Part shown: piece by piece, positions 31,429 through 40,893 of the stretch
How positions within the stretch are numbered: position 1 is the first letter of the stretch
Layout of the letters: every line of letters begins with the position of its first letter
NCBI GenBank assembly: GCA_016124195.1
Contig: WGOE01000008.1
Coordinates: 40,682 to 104,681, forward strand
From: a bacterium
GTDB lineage: Bacteria; Pseudomonadota; Alphaproteobacteria; Rhodobacterales; Rhodobacteraceae
Direction: 5' to 3'
Length of the DNA: 64,000 nucleotides
Notes under the pieces: model-generated
Database searches by the model: none
What the model saw: only the letters and a program-made list of their open reading frames with translations
Told to the model about the DNA's origin: nothing
Made by a program: the position numbers and the translations under genes

Positions 31429-31827
31429 ATGACAAATGATCAACCTGAGGGCGGCATTCAGATCCTGCTGGCCGATGATGACGAAGTCAACCAACGCATC
31501 GTCCGGGCCTTTCTGGCCGGCACCGCCATGGAGCTGACCATTGCCCGTGATGGTCGCGAGGCGCTGGAAGTGGTGTTGCAGCGCCGGTTCGACCTGATGA
31601 TCTTTGACCAGAACATGCCCTTCATCACGGGCGACCGTGTCATACGGCATCTGCGCGCGGGCCAGTCGGTCAATGCCGACACGCCGGTCATCCGCTTCAT
31701 CACCGAGGCCACAAGCCGACCCGCCACCCTGGGCCCGGATGGCCAGGCGCTGGAGGTCACGGTGGCAAAGCCGCTCGGCAAGGATGTCCTGATTTCGGTG
31801 ATCGAGGCGATGCTTGGCCGAAGGTGA
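31429..31827 (+). CDS. single-domain response regulator (REC only)
   Basis: 132 aa. ILLADDDEVNQRI...LMIFDQNMPFITG...AKPL. Confidence 0.85.
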   Translation: MTNDQPEGGIQILLADDDEVNQRIVRAFLAGTAMELTIARDGREALEVVLQRRFDLMIFDQNMPFITGDRVIRHLRAGQSVNADTPVIRFITEATSRPATLGPDGQALEVTVAKPLGKDVLISVIEAMLGRR

Positions 31828-31916
31828 GGTTGCGGCCCGATATCCGGCAAGATCGGCTTGACACTGGCGGTCCATCATGAGGACCTGATGGGGTACGAGG
31901 GATCGAAAGGCAAGTT

Positions 31917-34808
31917 GTGCGGTCTGAAATCGTGAAAGGCTCGGACGAGGCCGGTGTTGCGGCCAGTGCAGAAGCCGGTACCGCTGCAATGGCGTTTGCG
32001 GTCTCGGCGCTGACGACGCTGGCCTGTGCCGCCGATGCCGAGCTTGTGCCGGCGGTGGCGGCGGCCCATGCCCAGATCGCGGCCTTCTTCGGGGCGCGGC
32101 GTGTCGCCCTGTACCGCAGCGCCCCGCGCCAGGCGCCCGCGTTGTTTCAGCATTGGACAGCCGTTTCAGCCCGGGACGAACCCTTTGAGCCGCTGGATGC
32201 GGCACAGATCCGGCAACTGTTCAGCGCGTCGCAGGACCGGTTTCACCCGATTGCCACGACCGGAGGCGACCCGGGGCCGCAAGGGCTCAGCATGGGAACA
32301 GAGCAGGACGGCGGCCTCCTTGTGGTCTGGCGCCCGCGAGACGCCGCCCCGGCGGAGGGTCTTGGCGGAACGGCCATTGCCGGTCTGGCGCAGGCCCTGC
32401 TTTCCGCGATGCGGCGCATCGAGCGGAACCCGCCCCCAGGCGCCGCGGCCGAAGCGGAGCCGCCCGCTGTCCAGCACCAGCCCGAGGCCGCCCCCAAACG
32501 CCTGAGCCAGGCCTTGGAATGGATCGAAAACGGCGTGGTCTTTTATGACTCGCAAGACCGTTTCATGCTGTGCAACCAAAGCTTCCGCGACATCTATCCG
32601 CTGTCGACCTCGGCCCTGATCCCCGGCACGCCTTTTGTCGATATCTTGCGGCTGGCCATCGCAAACGGTCAATTCTTTACCGCGCCAACCGACGCAGAGG
32701 CCTGGATCGCCAACCGTCTGGCCAATCGCCGCACGGGCGGCCGCGGTTTTGAACGGACGCTGCCTGACGGGCGCGTGCTGCATGTGATGGAACATCTGCT
32801 GCCCGGCGGCGAATGGATCGAGGTGCATTCCGACATCACCGAACTCAAACTGGCCCGGCAAAGGCTGCGCAACCTGATCGACGGCGGCCAGATCTGCGCC
32901 TGGGATTGGAACATCGCGACCGGAGAGCATTGGGTCAACGCCTACTGGGCCCGGCTGCTTGGCTATGACTTGCATGAACTGCTGCCGATCACCTTCGAAA
33001 CCTGGCGGTCGCGCGTGCATCCCGACGATCTGGCCGCGACCGAGGCCCTGTTCGACCGCGCCCTGCAGGACGACGACGTGAACTTCCGCGCCGAATATCG
33101 GCTGCGCCACCGCGACGGCCACTGGATCTGGGTGCTCGACAGCGGCCGCACCCTGCGCCGCGGGCCGAACGGCGAGCCCGAACAGGTCGCCGGCGTGCAG
33201 ATCGAGATCACCGAACAAAAGGCACGCGAGGCGGCGCTGGCGGCGGTGAAGGCGGACCTCGAACGTTCCATCACCGAAAGGGCGCGGGTGGAACAGCGGC
33301 TGTACGACATCGCCGCCGTCTCGGATGGCTGGCTCTGGGAGACCGACAGCAACTGCCGTTTCACCCTGGTCCTGGACGGCGAGTTCTTTGACGATGGCGG
33401 CGTGCCCAAGGAGGGGATGCTGGGCAAGACCCAGGAGGAATGGCTGGCGATGAACCCGGACATGCTGCCGGGGATAAATTGGGAACCGCTGCTGGCGGCG
33501 TTGCGCGCACACAAGCCGTTTCGTGATTTCATCTACCGGGCGCCCCGGTCGGTCGACGGCATCGTGCGCTGGCGGCGCATGACGGGCAAGCCGATCTTCG
33601 ACGAGGCGGGCGGGTTCATCGGCTATCGCGGCGTGGGGTCGGATGTGACCGAACTCTACCTCGCCAAGGCACGGGCCGAAGAGGCCAGCCGCACCAAATC
33701 CAAGTTCCTCGCCAACATGAGCCACGAAATCCGCACGCCCTTGAACGGTGTCCTTGGCATGGCCGAGGTGCTGGACGGCGCACTGGACCATCCCGACCAC
33801 AAGCGGATGATCGGCACGATCCGCCGCTCGGGCGAGGCCTTGCTGAACATTCTCAACGATATCCTCGACATGTCGAAGATAGAGGCCGGCAAGATGGAAC
33901 TGGAGGCGGTGAGCTTCAGCCCGATCGAGCTGGCCGAACGGGTCGAAGACCTGCACGCCTTGCGTGCCGAGGAAAAGGGCCTGGCCTTTGACATCATGAT
34001 CGGCTCCGGCGCCGAGGTCGCGCGGATCGGTGACCCCTACCGTGTGCAACAGGTGCTGCACAATCTGATCAGCAATGCCATCAAGTTCACCGACCGGGGC
34101 GCCGTGCGGGCCAAGTTCAGCGGGCGACCCGGCAAGCCTCTGGTGATCGAGGTGCGTGACACCGGCATCGGGATGACTCAGGAACAGATCCTGCGGCTGC
34201 ATGACGAATTCAGCCAGGCCGACAGTTCGGTGACCCGGCGCTTTGGCGGCACCGGGCTTGGCATGGCGATCACGCGGTCGCTGGTCGAAAAGATGGGCGG
34301 TACGATCGAGGTGGAATCGGTGCCGGGCGAAGGGACCACGGTCCGGGTCTCGCTGCCGCTGCCGACCAGCGGGCCGAAGGTCGAGGTGGCAAAGCAGGTG
34401 CCGCGCGGCGCCTCCGGGCTTGAAGGTCTGCGCCTGCTGGCGGCCGACGACAATCTGACCAACTGCGCGGTGCTGGAAATCATGCTGCGCCGGCTTGGCG
34501 CGCATGTCACCATCGTGCACGACGGCGCGCAGGCGGTCGAAAGCTGGGCCCCGCGCCGGTTCGATGCCATCCTGCTTGACATCGCCATGCCGGTGATGGA
34601 CGGGCCGACCGCCCTCAGCGCCATTCGCGCGCTTGAGGCCAAGCACGGCGCCCCGCGCGTGCCGATCCTGGCCGTCACCGCCAATGTGATGGCGCATCAG
34701 GTCATGGAATATATCTCCTGGGGGTTCGACAGCTGCATCGGCAAGCCGATCAGTTCGGCCGAACTCTCCGCGGTGATCGCGGCGCTGTTCGCCCCCGACC
34801 GGACCTGA
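31917..34808 (+). CDS. PAS-domain hybrid sensor histidine kinase/response regulator
   Basis: 963 aa (GTG start; the exact start is uncertain). H-box FLANMSHEIRTPLNGVLGMAEVL is nearly identical to that of the upstream kinase. G-box GGTGLGMAITRSLV and a C-terminal REC (LLAADDNLTN...LLDIAMPVMDG...GKPI). Confidence 0.85.
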   Translation: MRSEIVKGSDEAGVAASAEAGTAAMAFAVSALTTLACAADAELVPAVAAAHAQIAAFFGARRVALYRSAPRQAPALFQHWTAVSARDEPFEPLDAAQIRQLFSASQDRFHPIATTGGDPGPQGLSMGTEQDGGLLVVWRPRDAAPAEGLGGTAIAGLAQALLSAMRRIERNPPPGAAAEAEPPAVQHQPEAAPKRLSQALEWIENGVVFYDSQDRFMLCNQSFRDIYPLSTSALIPGTPFVDILRLAIANGQFFTAPTDAEAWIANRLANRRTGGRGFERTLPDGRVLHVMEHLLPGGEWIEVHSDITELKLARQRLRNLIDGGQICAWDWNIATGEHWVNAYWARLLGYDLHELLPITFETWRSRVHPDDLAATEALFDRALQDDDVNFRAEYRLRHRDGHWIWVLDSGRTLRRGPNGEPEQVAGVQIEITEQKAREAALAAVKADLERSITERARVEQRLYDIAAVSDGWLWETDSNCRFTLVLDGEFFDDGGVPKEGMLGKTQEEWLAMNPDMLPGINWEPLLAALRAHKPFRDFIYRAPRSVDGIVRWRRMTGKPIFDEAGGFIGYRGVGSDVTELYLAKARAEEASRTKSKFLANMSHEIRTPLNGVLGMAEVLDGALDHPDHKRMIGTIRRSGEALLNILNDILDMSKIEAGKMELEAVSFSPIELAERVEDLHALRAEEKGLAFDIMIGSGAEVARIGDPYRVQQVLHNLISNAIKFTDRGAVRAKFSGRPGKPLVIEVRDTGIGMTQEQILRLHDEFSQADSSVTRRFGGTGLGMAITRSLVEKMGGTIEVESVPGEGTTVRVSLPLPTSGPKVEVAKQVPRGASGLEGLRLLAADDNLTNCAVLEIMLRRLGAHVTIVHDGAQAVESWAPRRFDAILLDIAMPVMDGPTALSAIRALEAKHGAPRVPILAVTANVMAHQVMEYISWGFDSCIGKPISSAELSAVIAALFAPDRT

Positions 34809-34871
34809 CCCCGCCCGGTCAGACCCCGCACAAAGCGCCAGAAACGCACGGGAAGGTTTTGCAAGGACAGG

Positions 34872-34900
34872 TTGCACTGCTACAAGGTGACGCCTATGTA
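34872..34900 (+). promoter_or_regulatory. candidate sigma-70 promoter for the MscS-family gene
   Basis: TTGCAC (34872-77), 17-nt spacer, TATGTA (34895-900), 26 nt upstream of ATG 34926. A pattern match only. Confidence 0.25.
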
Positions 34901-34925
34901 ACGCGCCTGACAAGATAGGTTTATC

Positions 34926-37313
34926 ATGCAACTGCGCCGCATCTGGTTTGTCGTCTCCCTGTTGATCGGTCTAAGCTTGGTATTGCCCGTGGGCGCGCAG
35001 ATCCTGCCCGGCCAGTCGTCCGGCGCGACCAAGTCCCAGGCCGAGACCCCTTCCGTGCCGGGCGCCCTGGCGGATGTGCTGAAACAGGCAACCAAGGCGG
35101 GGGCGACCGTGATTGTCGTGGATCCGTCCGGCAATCCCGTAACACCCGCCGGCACGACAGCACCTGCGGCAGAAAACTCGATCCTGCCGCCCAACATGTC
35201 GCCCATGATGACCTTCCAGCACAGCGTGATGAACTTCCGTCACACGCTGCGCGACCGTCTGAGCGCCATGCCGGATTCCCTGCACGCCGTGGCGACCACC
35301 CTGCGTTCGGCCAGCCCGGACGGCAGGATCGCCACCTTCGGCTGGGCGCTTGTGCTGTTGCTGGCCTGTTTTTCAGTGGGCTATCTGGTCGAACGCCAGA
35401 TCTATGGCAAGCGCATCGCCAGGCATTTCATCGTTCCGCTGATCAAACCCGACCCGCAGGGCTATACCGAGAAATTCCCCTTCCTGGTAATCCGCTTCCT
35501 TGGCGGCGTGATCGGGATCGGCGTGTCGCTACTTGTGGCCTACGGCGTCGGGCTCTGGCTGTTCGGCTGGCCCGACAATGCCCCCATGCAATTCACCCTG
35601 ACGGTGATCTTTGCCGCCTATGGCGTGTCGCGGCTGGTGGTCCTGATCTGGCGCATGGTGCTGGCGCCCTTCATCAGCCAATACCGCATCCCGCATTTTT
35701 CGAACCACGACGCACTCAAGCTTTATTACTGGCTGTCGACGCTGGCCATGATGGACATCTGGTCGGTGGCCTTCACGACCTGGATCAAGGAACTGGGCCT
35801 GAACTACGACGTCTATGCGCTGATGGGCACGCTGTCGTCGTTGGTGCTGTCCAGCCTGAACATCGCGATGGTGTTTTCCAACGGCCGGGCGATCTCGCGC
35901 GCCATGTGCAAGAGCCTGTCGCGCAACGAGGGGCTTGACGGCGCCAGCCTCGGCGCAAGTTTCGTCTCGCGCATCTGGGGACCGGCGGTCATCCTCTACG
36001 TGGTCTTCACCTGGTTGAAGCTGACCTACGATCTGGTGCTGGAACGCCCGACCCCGGTTCCCCTGCTTGCCGGGGCCTATGCCATCGTCATCTCGATGGT
36101 GATCGTCTATGCCGTGATCAACTTCATGATCGAGCGCGGCTTCGAGCGCGCACGCGCCATCCGCGAGATGAACCGCGACCTGGAAATGGCCCCGGACGGG
36201 ACCGAGATCGAGCCTCGGCCGGTCGCGCGGCCCGTGCGGTCGATGCAAAGCTTTGAAGATCTGGCGCATCGGGTTTCGGGCATTCTGGCCATGGTCGCCG
36301 GCCTTTGGGCCGGGATCGAGATCTGGGGCGCGCGGACCTCGATGGTCAGCGACAGTCTTTACAGCCAGATCGTCAGCGTCATCACCATCGCCTTCATGGC
36401 CTATATCGTCTATCACGCCTTCCGAATCTGGATCGACAACAAGATCGCCGACGAACAGGGCGATCAGGTCGAGGTCGAGATCGAGCGCGGCGACGAGGGC
36501 GGCACACCCAGCGCCAGCCGCCTGTCCACCCTGCTGCCGCTGTTCCGCGTGCTGGTCCTGTCTGTGATCGTGGTCACCTTCGGCATGATCCTGTTGCTGC
36601 AGCTGGGCATCAATGTCACGCCCCTCTTCACCGGCGCCGGCGTCGTGGGTCTGGCCATCGGCTTTGGCGCGCAAAGCCTGATCCGTGACATCTTTTCCGG
36701 CGCCTTCTTCCTGATCGACGACGCCTTCCGAAAGGGCGAATACGTCGATACCGGCATGGTCAAAGGCACGGTCGAAAAGATCTCGCTACGCTCGTTCCAG
36801 CTGCGCCACCACCGCGGGCCGCTGAACACGATCCCGTTCGGCGCGATCCAGCACCTCACCAACTATTCGCGCGACTGGGCCATCATGAAGCTGCCCCTGC
36901 GCGTGACCTATGACACCGACCCCGAAAAGGTGCGCAAGCTGATCAAGAACCTCGGCCAGTCGCTTCTGGAGGACCCGGTGGTAGGCCCCCTGTTCCTGCA
37001 ACCCCTGAAATCGCAGGGCGTGATCGAGATGCAGGATTCCGCCATGATCATCCGGGTCAAGTTCATGACAAGGCCGCTGGACCAGTGGGTGGTGCGCAAG
37101 CGCGTGCTGCAGGACATCCGCGATCTTTTCGAGCGCGAGGGCATCAAGTTCGCCAACCGCGTCGTCACGGTCCGTCTGGCCCAGGACAACGAGGTGCACG
37201 AATACCGCGACCTGACGCCGGATCAGAAGCTGGCCATCGCCGGGGCAGCCCATCTGGGCGTGATGGACGATCTGGAAGATGGCGAGCTGGAGCATGTCGA
37301 CGACATGCACTAG
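34926..37313 (+). CDS. mechanosensitive ion channel family protein (large MscK/MscM-like MscS homologue)
   Basis: 795 aa with a signal-like N-terminus, multiple TM helices, and the MscS pore/beta-domain block GVVGLAIGFGAQSLIRDIFSGAFFLIDDAFRKGEYV...GTVEKISLRS. Confidence 0.9.
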   Translation: MQLRRIWFVVSLLIGLSLVLPVGAQILPGQSSGATKSQAETPSVPGALADVLKQATKAGATVIVVDPSGNPVTPAGTTAPAAENSILPPNMSPMMTFQHSVMNFRHTLRDRLSAMPDSLHAVATTLRSASPDGRIATFGWALVLLLACFSVGYLVERQIYGKRIARHFIVPLIKPDPQGYTEKFPFLVIRFLGGVIGIGVSLLVAYGVGLWLFGWPDNAPMQFTLTVIFAAYGVSRLVVLIWRMVLAPFISQYRIPHFSNHDALKLYYWLSTLAMMDIWSVAFTTWIKELGLNYDVYALMGTLSSLVLSSLNIAMVFSNGRAISRAMCKSLSRNEGLDGASLGASFVSRIWGPAVILYVVFTWLKLTYDLVLERPTPVPLLAGAYAIVISMVIVYAVINFMIERGFERARAIREMNRDLEMAPDGTEIEPRPVARPVRSMQSFEDLAHRVSGILAMVAGLWAGIEIWGARTSMVSDSLYSQIVSVITIAFMAYIVYHAFRIWIDNKIADEQGDQVEVEIERGDEGGTPSASRLSTLLPLFRVLVLSVIVVTFGMILLLQLGINVTPLFTGAGVVGLAIGFGAQSLIRDIFSGAFFLIDDAFRKGEYVDTGMVKGTVEKISLRSFQLRHHRGPLNTIPFGAIQHLTNYSRDWAIMKLPLRVTYDTDPEKVRKLIKNLGQSLLEDPVVGPLFLQPLKSQGVIEMQDSAMIIRVKFMTRPLDQWVVRKRVLQDIRDLFEREGIKFANRVVTVRLAQDNEVHEYRDLTPDQKLAIAGAAHLGVMDDLEDGELEHVDDMH

Positions 37314-37320
37314 GCGGGTC

Positions 37321-38076
37321 TCAGGCGCGCAGATCCGTCAGTGCCGGGCGTGACGGGCCGGCCAGCAGAACCATGATCACCTGCCGGGTAAACTCCCAAG
37401 TCGCGCTGTCGTGGGCAAGGTGATGGGTCAGCAGGCCCAGGGGTTCGCGATTGTCGGTCAGGCCAAGGCGGCGATCGGCCATGAGTTGCGCCAGCTGCCG
37501 CACCAGATCGGCCGGATCGACAAGGCCGCGCCCGCCCCGCCAGTCGATCGGGTCAAGGTGGGTGTTGATCTGCGCAAGCCCGGGCGCGGCTGTGGCGGCG
37601 CGGCGCGGACCAAAGGTCGAAACCGCAGCAAAGCCCAGGGGGGCAAGACCAGCCACGACCTCAGGCGCAATCCGGTTCCACGGCGGTACGAACATGGCCT
37701 GCAGCCGGGCACCGAACAGTTTCTGCAGCTGGGCGAGGCCCTGACGCGCCTCGTCCAGCGCAGCGCCGGGCGGGCGGGTGGCGCCGAATTCGGCCTTCTT
37801 CGCCTCGGCCGGGGCGTGGTTCTGATGCACCCAGCCGTGAACGACCGGGATCAGGCAGCCCGCCCCGGCAACGCGCACGGCCAGTTCGGCGGTGGCACGC
37901 CGCGGGATCACGGCCAGATGCACCGGCAGCCCCACCGCGTCCGACAAGGCGATCAGCTGGTCCAGCGCGGCGGTGGGGGCAATGGCATCATCGTCGCGCC
38001 ACCAGAGGGGCAGGTCCAGCCCGGCGGCCCGCCACAGCCTCTGTTCCTGCACAACCGGGGTCCAATCGATCTTCAT
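37321..38076 (-). CDS. polysaccharide deacetylase-like protein (DUF2334-like)
   Basis: 251 aa. WWRDDD...HLAVIP...HGWVHQNH...FVPPWNR matches the Asp/His metal-site pattern of deacetylase-fold proteins. ATGA overlap with the upstream GT gene. Confidence 0.65.
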   Translation of the reverse strand: MKIDWTPVVQEQRLWRAAGLDLPLWWRDDDAIAPTAALDQLIALSDAVGLPVHLAVIPRRATAELAVRVAGAGCLIPVVHGWVHQNHAPAEAKKAEFGATRPPGAALDEARQGLAQLQKLFGARLQAMFVPPWNRIAPEVVAGLAPLGFAAVSTFGPRRAATAAPGLAQINTHLDPIDWRGGRGLVDPADLVRQLAQLMADRRLGLTDNREPLGLLTHHLAHDSATWEFTRQVIMVLLAGPSRPALTDLRA

Positions 38077-39206
38077 GGCCGCGCCTCGGCCAGGCGGCAG
38101 GCGATGGCGACGCTTTCGGCCGCGCCGTCGAAATGGGGCCGGACCGCAGCGGCGGGGCTTGCCGCCATGGCCTCGGTCACGGCCTGGATCAGGGCCTCGG
38201 GCGTCAGGCCTGCCGCGGTCAGCATCCGGTAGCCGGCCCGCGTGCTGAGGCTGCGGGCGCGGATCGTCTGTTCCACCTCGCCGCCCTCGTCAAAGGGCAC
38301 GAAAACCGCCGGCGTCCCCGCCTGCAACAGGTCGAGCGCGGTGTTATAGCCGCAGAGGCTGACCGAACAGGCGGCATGATAGAGCATCTGGCGGAAATCC
38401 GGGCGGGCCGGTTCGATGGTGACCGGCGCGGCACCGGCCAGCGTCTGCAGGTCGCGGATGCGGGCCTGCGGATCGGCCCCGCCGACCAGAATGCGCCAGC
38501 GCCGGCCCCTATCCTGCCGGGCGGCCTCGATGGCGGCGCGGAACAACTGGCTGCCGACTGCGCCGCCGCCCGCGCTGGCCAGAACCTCGCCCCTGCCCGC
38601 GGCGTCGGGATGCGGACCGGCCGGTGCGGGGGCCACATAGCCGGTGTAGATCAGCCGCGTCGCCAGCGCCGCCGAGACGGGCCAGCTTTCCTCGAGCCGG
38701 GTCAGCGCCGGGTCGGAGTGCACCAGCACCCCGTCATAGAACTGCGCCACCACGGCATCGGCCGTCGCGGCACGTTCGGGCCGCGACGGCGGAGCCAGGA
38801 TGTCACGAACCGAGGCCAGGATGACCGGACGCGGCCGGGCGGCCGAGACCACATCCAGCAGCTCAATGAATTCGGCGCGCAGGACGCGGCGGCCAAAGGG
38901 GTAAAGCTCGGTGATGACGATGTCGGGCGCCAGATCCCGCGCGGTGCGGCACAGCATCTCCGACCGTTGGGCCAGATAGGCGGCATCGGCAGCACTGCCC
39001 CCTTCGGTCAGCAAGGTCGTGAAGTCGGTGCCGTCCGAACGGAGCGGCGGCAGTTGCAGCACCTGCACGCCCTCGGTGGCAAACTGCGGGACCGCCATGC
39101 CGCCCGAGGCGAGCACCACCCAATGCCCCGCCCGCGCAAAGGCCCGCGCCAGCGTCAGCGCCCGGCTGAGATGCCCCGCGCCCAGAAGATGGGTCACCAC
39201 GATCAT
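38073..39206 (-). CDS. glycosyltransferase (GT-B, MurG/GT28-like, COG4671-type)
   Basis: MIVVTHLLGAGHLSRALTLARAFARAGH is the N-terminal G-rich loop typical of this GT-B group, and it is a paralogue of 42137-43306. An alternative GTG start at 39215 overlaps the upstream stop. The 534-aa track ORF is an extension that runs through the phosphatase gene. Confidence 0.8.
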   Translation of the reverse strand: MIVVTHLLGAGHLSRALTLARAFARAGHWVVLASGGMAVPQFATEGVQVLQLPPLRSDGTDFTTLLTEGGSAADAAYLAQRSEMLCRTARDLAPDIVITELYPFGRRVLRAEFIELLDVVSAARPRPVILASVRDILAPPSRPERAATADAVVAQFYDGVLVHSDPALTRLEESWPVSAALATRLIYTGYVAPAPAGPHPDAAGRGEVLASAGGGAVGSQLFRAAIEAARQDRGRRWRILVGGADPQARIRDLQTLAGAAPVTIEPARPDFRQMLYHAACSVSLCGYNTALDLLQAGTPAVFVPFDEGGEVEQTIRARSLSTRAGYRMLTAAGLTPEALIQAVTEAMAASPAAAVRPHFDGAAESVAIACRLAEARP

Positions 39207-39211
39207 AACCT

Positions 39212-39808
39212 TCACAGGTAACCCCCTTCGGTGGCCGGAACCAGCCGGACAGGCTCGTCCAAGGCAAGGCGCAGCCCGGCGCCGATCTCGAGGATATAAA
39301 GCCGGTTGCGCTTGACACGAAAGGGGCAGGGGCCGGCAAAGTGCCAGTCCATCGCCCGCGCCAGAAGGACCCGCATCACACCGATGTGGGAGACCGCCAC
39401 GGCCTGATCGGGCAGCGTGGCAAGCCAGGGCTGCAGCCGGGCCCAGACCTCGGCCGGGCTTTCTCCGCCGGGCGGGGTATAGTGCCAACCCCAATCCTCG
39501 ATCGGGCGAAAGCCCGAAGCGGGATCCTGGCTCAGCGCCTCGCCGTGCTGGCCCTCCCAGTCGCCCCAGTTCATTTCGATCAGCGGTTCCGCGATGGCAG
39601 GCGCCCGGCCCGCGATCAGCGCCGCGGTCTGGCGCGCCCGCGACAGGGGGCTGGAATAAAGCGCGGCCCCTGCCCAATCGGGCGGCAGGCGCAGGGCCGA
39701 AAGTGTGGCGACCGCCTCGGGGTCAAGTGCGATGTCGGTGCGGCCCTGCAGCCGCCCCACCCGGTTCCACGGCGTGTGGCCATGGCGCAGAAGAGCCAGC
39801 CGTCTCAT
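39212..39808 (-). CDS. histidine phosphatase family protein (PGAM/cofactor-dependent mutase superfamily)
   Basis: MRRLALLRHGHTPWN (RHG catalytic motif) and a later SHIGVMRVLL (His of the second half). ATGA overlap with the upstream GT4 gene. Confidence 0.85.
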   Translation of the reverse strand: MRRLALLRHGHTPWNRVGRLQGRTDIALDPEAVATLSALRLPPDWAGAALYSSPLSRARQTAALIAGRAPAIAEPLIEMNWGDWEGQHGEALSQDPASGFRPIEDWGWHYTPPGGESPAEVWARLQPWLATLPDQAVAVSHIGVMRVLLARAMDWHFAGPCPFRVKRNRLYILEIGAGLRLALDEPVRLVPATEGGYL

Positions 39809-40893
39809 GGCGCGGCCTTGATCAGCGGGAGGATGTGCTGGACGAGCGTGGCGCGTGCGGCGCCCAAAAGATGGCGGCGTGCCACTGCCGCGCGCCCCTC
39901 TGCCGCCCGGCGCCGGCGCAGGTCCGGGTCTTGCAACAGGGCCAGGATCGCCCGCGCCAGCGCCCCTGCCCCGCCTTCGACCGGCACAAGACCCGGGGGC
40001 AGCACCACATCCCGCACTCCGGGCCGGTCCTGCGCGACAACGGGCAGGCCCGCCGCCTGCGCCTCGAGGTAGACCAGCCCGAAGGCCTCGTTCACCCCGG
40101 GCCAGACAAGGACCGAGGCACCCGCATATTCGCGCCGCAGGTGATCCGCATCCAGTTGACCCAGAAAGCGCACCCGGTCGCCGAAGGGCGCGAAAAGCGC
40201 CTCGATGGCCGCCCGGTCGGGCCCGTCTCCGGCGATGTGCAGCTGCCAGGCCGAGGTTTGCATCTGCCCCAGAGCCTCGGCGACCAGCCGGTAGGAGGCG
40301 GACTTGTCGCCGGGCCGCATCATGCCGACGCACAGGATGACGGGGGGATCATCGGCGGGTTGCCCCGGCGCGGGCAGATCCCAGCTTGCCAGAAAGGGCG
40401 CCAGCCGGACCAGCTGCTGGCTGGGGGTCGCGTGGCGCACCAGAGCCTCGCGGTCGCGCTCGGTCAGATAGAAGATCAGGTCGGCATGGTCCGCCGCGGC
40501 CTCAGCGAGTTCTGCGAAGGCCTGCCACGGCCCGGTCAGGCGCTTTTTCGCCCGGGTCGCCTCGATCAGCACATAGGGGATGTCGAGGGCCCGGCTGACC
40601 AGCAGCCCCAGGATGTCGGGCGCCTTGTAATAGCTGTGGTAGGTGATCCAGGCGGCCCAACCCGCTTGCGGCGCCACGGCGATCAGGCGCTCTGCCTCGG
40701 CTTCGGCCCGGGCGATCAGGACGCGCTGCCGGCCGGCATCGCCGCATCCGTCATAAAGCTGCAGATCCGAGGCCAGATCGACCCGCCCGGCCTCGGCCAG
40801 CGCCAGCATCAGCGCCCGCGCCATCTGCCGGTCGCCCGAGGGCACCGGATGGAACGGCGCCTTGAGCGGAGCATAGAAGGCAAGGGCCGTCAT
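39805..40893 (-). CDS. glycosyltransferase family 4 (GT-B, group 1)
   Basis: 362 aa. The C-terminal half carries VLVWPGVNEAFGLVYLEAQAAGLPVV (E-x7-E region). Confidence 0.85.
   Translation of the reverse strand: MTALAFYAPLKAPFHPVPSGDRQMARALMLALAEAGRVDLASDLQLYDGCGDAGRQRVLIARAEAEAERLIAVAPQAGWAAWITYHSYYKAPDILGLLVSRALDIPYVLIEATRAKKRLTGPWQAFAELAEAAADHADLIFYLTERDREALVRHATPSQQLVRLAPFLASWDLPAPGQPADDPPVILCVGMMRPGDKSASYRLVAEALGQMQTSAWQLHIAGDGPDRAAIEALFAPFGDRVRFLGQLDADHLRREYAGASVLVWPGVNEAFGLVYLEAQAAGLPVVAQDRPGVRDVVLPPGLVPVEGGAGALARAILALLQDPDLRRRRAAEGRAAVARRHLLGAARATLVQHILPLIKAAP

Noticed and set aside
32166-34931. 921-aa minus-strand ORF. The same reasoning covers similar long ORFs at 4407-6665 (+), 21924-24371 (-), 43372-46350 (+), 8760-10235 (-), 10603-12390 (+) and 47057-49168 (+).
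   Set aside because: All lie antisense to genes with clear catalytic motifs. Their composition is Arg/Gly/Asp/His-biased low complexity with no recognisable domains.
39207-39677. N-terminal extension of the glycosyltransferase ORF to 534 aa.
   Set aside because: The extension runs through the histidine-phosphatase gene in another frame and is Arg/Pro/Gly-rich. The GT motif (HLLGAGHL) starts right after the ATG at 39206.
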